A DNA stretch of 64,000 nucleotides from assembly GCA_050230475.1 (NCBI GenBank), contig JBFLGF010000130.1, positions 1-64,000 on the forward strand. Direction: 5' to 3'. Source of the DNA: Ancylonema sp. Taxonomy: Eukaryota. The stretch's first letter is position 1, and each line of letters starts with the position of its first letter. The notes below the pieces were generated by a model. That model was given only the letters and a program-made list of their open reading frames with translations. It was not told where the DNA came from and did not search any database. The position numbers were made by a program, and so were the translations under genes. Positions 26,115-36,592 of the stretch are shown in pieces.

Positions 26115-26217
26115 CTGCAGAGGGAGAAGAAAAGGCTTATACAAAACTGAGTATGCTCGACCACTCCATTGCCTTGGGGTGGAACGCGTCTTTCATGGCT
26201 TCTATTGCAATTGAGGA
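25018..26217. repeat. Direct duplication of a ~450-bp ClpR3 segment (25018-~25467 and 25764-~26217, offset about 746)
   Basis: Exons and introns align with scattered substitutions. Confidence 0.92.
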
Positions 26218-26259
26218 GGATGGAGATTCTTTTCGCTGCATTGGCCTGATAAGAAGATT

Positions 26260-26795
26260 CCCGCACAATAAAGCTGTACAAACTACCTGAAGCTCCACAG
26301 ATACCCGGCATCCGCCCCATGGTGCTTGGTGACGTGCCAGCTGTCACCAAGCTGTTACAGAATTACCTCCAGAACTTCCAGTTGGCGCCAGTGTTCACAG
26401 AGGCAGAGGTGGAACATATGCTTGTGCCGCAGCCAGACGTGGTTGACTCCTTCATAGTAGAGGACAGCACGACACACAAGCTCACAGATTTCACTAGCTT
26501 CTACACCCTACCCTCTACGGTTACCCGCAGCACCAGCCACTCGACCCTGAAGGCCGCCTACTCCTTCTACAACGTCGCCACACGTGTCCCTCTGGAGAAG
26601 CTGATGACCGACGCCCTCATACTGGCCAAGCAACGAGACTTCGATGTCTTCAATGCACTGAATATCCACGAGAATGATGCTTTCTTCAAAAACCTCAAAT
26701 TTGGGCCAGGGGACGGTTACCTCCACTACTACCTCTACAACTATCGCATCAGTGAACCTCTAAAACCGCAGCAAGTAGGGCTTGTGCTTTTATAG
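26260..26795 (+). pseudogene. NMT1: 5'-truncated duplicate of N-myristoyltransferase (C-terminal half only)
   Basis: Aligns to 15141-15676 at offset 11119 and starts mid-gene at RTIKLYKLP. It lacks the N-terminal half. Homology continues through the 3' flank to 27264. Confidence 0.9.
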
Positions 26796-28559
26796 CGATT
26801 CATCGATTTTGCAACTATGACCTCTTCTTCTTAAACCCCTCCAGCCCAAATGCCATCATGCACCACCCTTGTACCTTGAATTGAAAGTTAGGTAGCCAGT
26901 GCCATTGCCCCTGAGCATTGGCAATTGTCGGTGTCCTCGATCTGCATCTGCATGGTGAGGGCACATGAATCAGGAATGCACTCCAAATGTTGGACATCTG
27001 TCTTCTATGCACAATATTTTCAAGGATCTAGAAAGGTTGGAGTTTTAGTGCCATACAAGAAGGCTTAGGAACTTCATATTTGTTTTAGGAACTAGGTGCC
27101 TCAAAATTGCAAATCACGCACTTGTTTACGTAGGACTCAAGATAATCCCCCCAACGTGTGGGGAGGTGGAGTGTATGGCCCAAATGTTGTACATACTGCG
27201 GCGGTCGTAAATGTTAGTTGTACCCATTCGGATGTAGTTTCTTGCACCACAAGCCAAACGTATTGTTGTTGAATGTTCACTTTGAGGGTCAACTTATTCC
27301 TAATCTAGAGGGTATTAAATCAAAGGGAGTCTCCAAAATGGTAGCAAGGCCTTTTCGCATTGTACCTCATTGTTCTATGCCTAGTACATGAATAATAAAA
27401 AACCGTGTACTAGGTCGGAAACATGTACTCAAATGACAGGCACATTTGTTTGATTGCATGCTCCGGCATTAGCTACCGTGGTTTGTTTTGGTCAACGAAA
27501 CGTTTACAACCCTAATGATCAAACTCCTCAAAGAATATGGTGGTGACTTAGAAGTCAATATCAAAGTCTAAATTAGGGATGATATCATCGAGGTCTCATT
27601 TATGGAGATGTCGTGTTCAGATTTTTTCATTTTTAAATCGTGAAATACTGATTCCCGAGGATCAGTATTGCCCGATACGACTCCCTTCATGTCCACTTGT
27701 GCGACCGTACAACAAAAATATAGATGCCTTGCACACGCCGACCTTGTTGTGCAGAAAGTGAGAGCATTCTAGAGACCATAAATCCATAAATATCGATTAG
27801 TTCAAAGCCATCATTATAAATTCCAATCGATCTTACAAATTTACGTCAAGATGGCGAGGACCGCAACTACAACAACTACGCTCCCTTCATCACCTATCAA
27901 TTTTTTGGAATAAATGGATCACTTTTTTACATATCATACAAATTTATTTCTTGCAAAATTCATAATGTCATTCATCGGCCATGAGCACATCTTGGATGGA
28001 GGAGATTTTTTTGCAAAAATCATTGGACAACTTGTCAAGTCCGATACACACACATGCGAAAATGATAATGATGATGATTAATGCACGTTGTGCATCTGTC
28101 CATGCACAATAATTGTCTCTACATTTCAAACAAGAAATCTATGTTGATTAGAAGCTACACACACACACACACACACACACATACACACATGAAAACTAGG
28201 TTGTCATTAGTGTTGACAACTTCAACATTGATTCTCGTGACCACGCGATGACTTCTCGAAGATGTAAATAATTTATAACCTGGGGTGATTCTTGATAGGT
28301 GTTATGTAAATTTGGCACGTGTGCGGGTGCAATGATTTATTGAGCAAGTTTCGTTTCGCGATAGAACCCTCTATTGTAGTAGTGAATAACGCTATGATTG
28401 CTCCGCCATTTACGGCACCATGTCCGGAACACGCTCCGAGCAGCCTGTTGGCAATCAGCCATAGACCCACATACGTCTGTGATACAATTTATTGTGTGCA
28501 GCCACCCCACGTTAAGAGCGGTGATGTTGTTAGGATAAGTTGACAATAGTGTAAGAGGT

Positions 28560-29337
28560 AACGACAAGTCTCAAGGTAAAGTATCGTTGCTGTTGATGTA
28601 TTCTGCGCCATAGAAAGCTTGAGACGACAATGCAACTAGACGGCAGGAAGGCACGAGACACTTTGTGTCAGGCATGCATCGCATCTAAGTGATTTAGGTG
28701 CCGTAGTTGGTAGAATACTTGGCTGAGAATTGTGTAGCAAGTATGTTTGATGGCAGATCAATTTAGCGATGCCGCAACACGATTGTAGGCAGCTAGGCAG
28801 CAAAGAAAGCATACAAGCTGTAATCTGTGTACACATACCTCATTCGGTCTTTGTACACCTCGGGAACTGCTGGCAATTTTATTTTGGAAATATTGTTTAA
28901 TCCGCATTTGAGTTCGGCTGGCAATTCTGTGTTTTGTGCATTCTTTGATCGAGTTGAATGTGCATTTGTATTTAACTTTGGAATTCGATATCATTACACA
29001 CAACACTACAGTATCTACACCCATTCAAGTTTCGAGCACTCTATGTTTAGACAAGGGCATTGCCTTGCCCTTAGGTAGGCATGGCGTACGCAAGGTGGAA
29101 GTAAGATTTGGCGTGCTTCAAGACTGGATAAGTGTGTACAATAGCCATTTTTTATCACGCACAAGAATAGTGCGGATCTCGACTAGATCACAGAACATGT
29201 GTGTACAACCATGCGAGAAGTTAAGAAGTGTTTCGCACGTGTGAGGTTCATTTAACGACGATATTCGTTATAACAGTTGGATAGCACGTGAGAGTGCGAT
29301 ACGATGCTAGATGGCACGACACCACGTTCATCCTCCC
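28560..29337 (+). repeat. Dispersed ~0.75-kb repeat, copy 1 (unclassified, probably TE-derived)
   Basis: Colinear diverged match to 43413-44160, for example catagaaagctt.agacgacaatgc..ctagacggcagga and cgatgctagatggcacgacac. Confidence 0.8.
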
Positions 29338-29875
29338 ACCAAGAAAGTCCAAACCCGTTTGTTGTGGTTACAAAAATGATTAAGTTGTATTGACTTTTTT
29401 GGGGTTGAAACGAAATTAAAGGGGTTCAAAGTGGAGGGTTTACTAAAAATCAATTTCAGAGCTCGTCGTTGGAAGTAAGGCGTGAAGTGTTCACGTATTC
29501 CGACCTATGCGTAGTGAACCCGCTACAACAATAAAATGCACGCAATATTGCGAAATAATATTTACCTCTTCACCGCAATTTCATGCGGCCATTTAGGCCC
29601 TTGATCATATACCGGTATGGTATGGACAACCACCAAAAGAGATGGGATACAGTTGGAACGGGATGGGATGTGGAGTAGGGAGTGGGGCTTGGGGAACCCG
29701 AAAATTAGTTAAAAGTGGTGGATGGGGGGATACAAACTAATTGATAAGGGGTGCGATAATTCGTAAATCATCACCTCAAAAAAAAGTGGGAGATTAAATG
29801 TAAAAAAAAGAATCGTATAATGACTGAATGTGATTTCTACGATTACGTAGTACGGCTACGTTACTTCAGTCAACT

Positions 29876-30905
29876 TTGAAGCAGCATGGCGAGTCTCTTG
29901 GTTCCATTCTACGCGATGTTGAGTTAGGGGCCTTACCTACGCAGCGTGCTCTTTGCGCGGCGAGGAATGAGCTCGACCCCAAGGCTCGCGAGGCGCTCCC
30001 TCCTTTCGATGTTTTGGTCTCCACTCCCCCCCCTGACTATAGGCTGCCCTTCATGCCGCCAGATTCGACGAGGTTCTCGCGGGAGCGGGCTCTTCAGGGT
30101 CACAGGCCTGGAACCGGTCTACGAGTGGCGCCGGGGCGGAGCATTGGTTACAGGCAACACCTATCCTTCCTTCCCTTCGATTTCCCGCCCCTCTCTTCGC
30201 GACAGCTCTCCGTCTTCGGCTTGGCCTTCCACATCCCCGTCTGGCGACGTATGCGGTGTGTTTATTTGGCCACCCGTTGGATCATTTGGGGGCCCACCTT
30301 CTCCGCTGCGTGCTTGCGGAGGAGAGCGCACTTCATCGCATGATTCTGTGCGCGATGCGGTCTACCACATCATTCGTGAGTCGCGCCAGCACGCGCATCG
30401 GGAGCGCTCTGGCTTCCTTCCTTCATCGGCTCCTGGGGGGCGCTGAGGGCGTGTCGATATTGTGATTTCGGATGCTGCGATGGGACACACTTTGGTCGAC
30501 ATTGTTGTTGCAGACCCTACCCGTCGTGATTTGGCGGAGCGCACCGCTAGACATGATCTCGTTGCTGCCACAGATGCGGAGCGAAGGAAGGAAACCCACT
30601 ATCGGGATCGCGCAGGCGGGACGAAATTTGTGCCCTTTGCTCTTGAGACGTACAGTGCATTGCCTGAGAGGTCGGATCGATTTTTGGTCGAGTGTGTCAC
30701 GTTAACTTCTAGGGAGTGTGCGGGATTAGGGCCCTCCATTAGCTTGTTGTGCACATGGTTCCGTCAGAGAGTGTCGATTTCATTGTAGCGGGCGCTAGCA
30801 CATGCGATACATGCTAGAACCCTACGTCTAGAGCAATCCATGGCCTTGTTACCCCCCCCATCACCGCGCGTTCCACTTTCTTCTTCGGAGTGCATATTGT
30901 TGCTA
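29876..30905 (+). mobile_element. Degenerate 3' fragment of a non-LTR retrotransposon with restriction-like endonuclease (CRE-like)
   Basis: Frameshifted and stop-interrupted frames give GHPLDHLGAHLLRC..CGGERTSSHD (Zn-knuckle-like), GRVDIVI..VDIVVADP, AERRKETHY, FVPFALETY and RQRVSISL*RA.AHAI. This C-terminal layout is characteristic of REL-bearing CRE-type elements. Confidence 0.75.
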
Positions 30906-31787
30906 GTTTTGGCTTGAACGATCGGCTCCCATTTTTGTCGTTTTTAGGAATGTATCTTGTAATGAGATGGGGTTCCCGTCGTTTTTCAATAATATGCAAT
31001 TTCTCAAATAGCATCTCTTGCGTTTTCAATAATATACACTTTCTTCGTTACGTCCATTTCCGTTCCTTCGACACGAGTCGTACGCCACAAACGACAAGTT
31101 CATTTTTTCATGACACGTTGTGGTGTTCTGCACTACTACTCAAGAGAAAAGACTAGGAGTGGGGTTGCAGAGAGAGAATTCCTTGAGCTAACCTGGAAAC
31201 ACGTGGCACAGCTCTGGCGGCCCTCTCCGGTAATTTTGTTCAGAATGCCAGCAATTCCTGAGAAGGCACACCTTCTTTCTGGCCTCGCAAGTTGTCAAGT
31301 CTATAGTAAAAGCCATAATCAAATTAGCTTACTTCCAGGCACACGAAAGGAATTATACAGGAAAAAATATCTGCATTGCATCATGGCAAACTCAATAAGC
31401 AAAGAACAAGAGACAAGGTTCTTAAATTCTAGTCTAGAGGACGGTGGCACTGTACCTCACACCCGTCACGTCACTAGCGTGATAACGGCGACGCGACTCA
31501 CAGATGGTGGGGATTCCGTGCGGGTGATGCAGGTCAATCAAACTTCTACTTTAGACACGTGCCTCAGGACGTGGATATATGGCTTTTTCTTGGTTCTGAA
31601 ATTCATTCCCCGCTGGGGTCCCAAGCCACGAATACACGTAACATGAGACATTGCATCTATGTGGAAGACCACCTAACGTTCGATAAATGTAGTTAGTGTG
31701 TAGGACTTTTGAGTCAACTGGCTCTACTAGGTGCTAGCAGGCATACGATAGGGACTAAACTATTTTCTGCCATGCGTGTTTCCACAG

Positions 31788-32266
31788 GAATCGGACCCCT
31801 CCTGACCTTGGATGAGTTCTTTGTAGCGCCGTCACGTGGCGCGTTGCCCTTCCCAACTGAACCGGACACGCCCATGGAGTCCCTTCTCTATTATTTGGAA
31901 CCAAGGGCCAATCAGGAAGAAGAAGGCGAGGAGGACGAGGCTGATGAGTCGTATCTGCAACCGAAGCATGGAATCCAGATTCATTTGTCTTCAACCTTGA
32001 AATTGCCAAAAAATCCTGCTGGAGAAACACCGGAAGGAGCAGCTGCCGCTTTTTTCGCGATCACACATGTGAGGGAGTATTCAGATCTTCCGGTCGTGCT
32101 TCTTGGTGATTTGACGGATGCGAAACAGTCACGTCACCAGAAAAACGCTGCCACAGATAGGTCCTCTAATGGCAAAACCGGAAGGACGGGAGCAGAAGGC
32201 GCTACAGTGAGGGTGGTCGCCGGGGAGCTCGAGGGAGTGATGTCACCCCCTCCACTCACAAATTTC
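31788..32266 (+). other. Putative coding exon of unknown product
   Basis: Open frame (part of the 199-aa ORF 31709-32308) bounded by ttccacag| and |gtgagt, with an acidic stretch. I do not recognise the family. Confidence 0.35.
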
Positions 32267-35200
32267 GTGAGTTCAATACGCCTGTTGTCAAGTTTGGCAT
32301 ATATGTAAATTCAGTTCTGGTCTCTCCGGATGGGGCAGGGGACGATGTTTAAGATCCTACCGAGTCAGAAGATTTGATCCAGGATGTGACCACCTCTTAT
32401 ATGAATTTGGTGAGGTCGTTGTAAGGCTACAATTTTTTTTGTGATCCTCGCGTGAAATTCTGAATGGACCTTCAGGAAAGCTGTCTGCACCACAGCCAGA
32501 GAGACCGATTGGTGATTGTTTGCGTACTATATCTGTGGTTGGACCATAACTTATCTTGTGGCTTATCGCAGTTGGCATGGGACGTAGAGATGAGGCCAGG
32601 CTGTTCTGTGGACCTGCCTCTTCCTGCTGCGTACGGAGTGTTGGTCTACATTTTGGAGGTGAATATGAACGTATAATCATGTTTGTGTTCTCCCCACATG
32701 TCCAAGCTCATGTGCGGAAAGAAGTATGGAGTAGTTGATGTCGAGAGGAAGGGGCCATGGATGTGGGTGTTTCAGTACCTAAACATGACATTGTCTTAGA
32801 AACAAAACATCGAGGACGAATGGTATGATATTTAGGGATTTTCTATCCCCTATATTCACTTGCTCTTGACAACATTGGTTCCCGTGTGTATTTGATCCTC
32901 CATGTTTTGTTTCTGAGACATACATGGGCAGCCTCTTTTGGCCGTTGCTTGTGCTGGTATTGTTTTTGTTGTTGTTTTGGTGTCAAGAAAGTAAGTCAAA
33001 GCACCATGAAAGTTAGAACCTCTTGACCGAAAATGTGTCCTCTTGTGGCCAATCCCTATCTTCCTATCTTACATTTTCTTTCCACGTGCAACTTCTCTCT
33101 ATTGAAACTAGAACTGAGGCCGAGTCGTCGAATATTTACTTACTTCACCAAAAATAATCATAGAAGAAGGCTGACTAGTTTTTTTTTATGTGCCATCTAT
33201 TTTGGTTGGCAGGGAGTCGGCTTTTTTGGAGGTTCAAGTGCAAATGGCAAGGGGGATTCGAATTACACCAATGAAGGCCACGGGCTTTGGCTGCCGCCTG
33301 TGTGTTCGTCAGAGAACACAACATCGCAGCAAGAGATGAGTGTCTTACACGTTTCCAGTCATCAGTGGTCGTTTCTTCGTTTCTTTGTGATTGGTGCGCT
33401 TTTGTAGGTCTATGGCGCACCACAAATGTGATTAAGTACATTAGCCACAAATATGTTTTTTGGGGTTTGGGTGAGGTTATAAAGTCCCTCCATATATGTT
33501 GTGTGGGTTGGCTGCCTCTATTGATGTGTGAAATCATTTTTGTGGAGCAAATCGTGATGGCAAGGCAGCCACCATTGTGATTATTGTATGAGTCGTACAG
33601 ATATAGCTAGCATGTCTAGAGCCAGAGGAGAGAGGGCCTTTTTTGGATTTTTTTTTGGGTTTTTTTTTTGGGTTTATATATGTGCAATATGTTCCATATA
33701 GTGTATTTGTGAATACATAGAGTCAGAATTTTGTGTCAACGAGTGTGTTTGTTTTCGATCCTCGCTCGTAGAATGAATGGGGGTATTTAAAGGAGCATTG
33801 AGAAATTTTACGTATGTGTGTATTTAGGAATGAACCCCGCCCACATAGACGAATTGGATTAAGGTGGGCGGGTGGCCCCACCCGACCCACCCGAAAATCC
33901 GCAGGAGGGCGGCTAGGTTGGACGGGGCCATTTGAAACGGATTTGTTGTTGTTTGTGATATAGAAAAAGTTGAGTATCATTTTATGTATAACGATGCCTA
34001 TATGAAAAGTGTGTTTTCCGTATTCTGTGTCCGACCTGTGCCTAGTCCGGACTGGAGAGTGGGCCCCATGCCAAGCAGACACCATCACTTATAACATCAC
34101 CATTGGGTGGCCACTATTGGGCGGATCATGAACACGTCCGCGGATAAAGAGTCCGTACTCCAAAATTTTGGGTAGTCATGAATGGAGGCCAAAAATATTG
34201 TTTACACACTGCGCATTGCAGTCTCGCGTTGTGTACATGTAGTCATGTTGTTCAAATGGATTTCACATTTACGTGACCAAAAAAACAGCGATCAATTTTA
34301 TCATTTTGCAGTGCGCCATGGTTGCCCGCTTGATAACAACTGATGTGAAGGTCACAAAACCTATTGTCGTGCCTTTTAACATCGTGTCTCCTTCACACGT
34401 GTAAACCATTTGTAATAACGAACATTATTTTGAAGTGCACTTAGCACGTGCGAATCACGTTTCATCTTATCACATAAAACGTATACACATCGAATTATGA
34501 CCTAGCCAAGGTCCGCCACACACACGTGCGCGCTAACATGAAGCGTTGTACTCACACCATGCAAGTCTACCACGTGCCAAATATTATTTTCTAGTCTACC
34601 TATGGCGAGGCATTGCCGTCGGCCTCAACGTAGAGTGCTCGAAGCTTATGAGTTGTATGATGATGTAATGGACAATCGATTGATGACTTAAATCAATTCA
34701 CAAAGGAGGAAAATGCCAGTCGAACACAAAGACAATTTACACAATAATTGTGGTCAATTAATCAGCGGTTCCCGAGGTGTGATAGGGCCGATTAAGGTCT
34801 CATCACAAATGTTACAGAATGTATAGTGCTTAGCAAACTAATCATGCCAGTAGCTAGGAAGCTACCGATCTTGCCATATCTACTTGCGGCGCCGGCTCGG
34901 CCGACTGAGCTAGCCGACTTACTGGCTAATCCACCTATAGCCCAGTACGCTAGGACAGATGTTGCTACACTCACCAATACTCACATAAATTACAAAACTG
35001 CCTTTTGGGCCTTGTCGCATCCCCACACCATAATGCTAACTTACGACGCCTTAAACGCGGTGTAAATATTGCCAGTCGCTGACTAAGGAACTTGTCTGCT
35101 TGTACTACAATAGTCTGGTAACGCAGTTGACAGTACAATCCGTCTTAAGTGCCGCTGATGGTGCCGTAGGTGGCGGAACAATCATACCTTTCATCCTAAC

Positions 35201-35354
35201 TACGGCCTTAGATTCTATTCGAGCCGCTAATGACAAATATGTCCAAGGGACACGTGTTACTCTGAATCATCATCGGGGAATACCCACGCGTCTACCAAAT
35301 ATAACATAACGCCGTGAATACCCGCACCCGCACTATTTCATCGCACAAGTTCGT

Positions 35355-35528
35355 TCGCCGTATAGGCACCTTCACCGTTTAGGCATTTCCACCATATAGG
35401 CCCATTCACCGTTCTCAGGCATCTTCACTATATAGGCATCCTCACCGTATAGGTACATTTATAGTATAGGCATTCTCACCATATAGGCCTTTCCACCGTG
35501 TAGGCCCTAACAACCACCATATAAGCAC
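35355..35528. repeat. ~17-bp tandem array (tataggcattctcaccg-like), about 9 units
   Basis: Imperfect units are visible. Related sequence, including ccgcacccgcac, occurs inverted at about 43105-43195. Confidence 0.8.
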
Positions 35529-36592
35529 ACGATCGAGTATCGTCCGACACTATGTTCCTGATTTCATTGTGATCATACATCCCAATTCCGTGTGATGTGG
35601 TCGCTGTCCACACTAAGTATGTAAGTCCCCACTAAGGATTCAAAACATGTGGGTTGTGGGTTATTGTTTGGGTTTTGAGGGAAATAAAAAGTAATCAAGA
35701 AGGTGTTTAACGTGGAGGATCATTGCCAGGGATCCCCAGCGCAAGAAGGTGTTGGCGCTGGATTCAAACAACCATGTAACCAAGTATCCCAATACGTGCG
35801 TACTGAACCCACTACAGCCATAAAATATATGTTGTATCGCGAAACAACATGCACGGCACTAACGCATTGGCTATTTCGAGAAACCGGCTTCACGAATGCG
35901 ATAGCGACACTTGATCCTTTACATTATGCACTGACGTTATTGGGATGGGACACGGTTGGATGGGATTGGGTGTGGGTTGGGAGTGGGCATATTTGTACGA
36001 CAAATTCTCTGTTAAGTATGTCGGTAACGTTCCGACACGCTCCGACATGTCCAAATCCTATCGTTCGGGAATCGTGACAAATTAAAATAACAAGAAAAAT
36101 AAGTTGATTTGTTTTTTCAAGAAATAAAAAGATGTAGGACTCTTTTTGGTATGTATCTCTCAGTTTTATCGCGATTTTTTTTGGGGAGCTATAAATGACG
36201 CGATGACGTGATTATGTGATCAGGCGTAATAGCGTCATTACGCATATAAATTACGGGGTTCGAACCCGAATGACGTCATTTGCGTGACGCGACTCGCAAC
36301 CCTATTTGGCACCGGCATTTTCCATTCCAAAGTGGAGGTTATTTTATAGAAGGGGTAACATACAGGAGGGGTTTGATTGTATTGCCCTGGTCCCTCGTCG
36401 GGAGCAGAGTTAATATTACATGTCGAAAGTTATTTGAAGTCAGGAGTATTGCGGGTGAGGAGCACCCACAGTTCCACACGCCTGCATCAACTAAAAATCA
36501 GGGAAAGGCTTTTTGAGGGAGGGTGCCAGCATCGTTAGAAAGCTTTGTGACGTGATTAAACACTCTGAAACCGTCGTAGGATAGAATTTATA

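Noticed and set aside
27851..27895. MART... start resembling histone H3
   Set aside because: Similarity ends after four residues.
35355..35528. CRISPR-like array (also considered 2478-2578, 14170-14290 and 48260-48430)
   Set aside because: These are head-to-tail or TE-subterminal repeats without unique spacers, there are no cas genes, and the context is eukaryotic.
36190..36300. tRNA or SINE suggested by ggttcgaaccc (B-box-like)
   Set aside because: No cloverleaf or properly spaced A-box. The context is a tgacg-rich quasi-palindrome.
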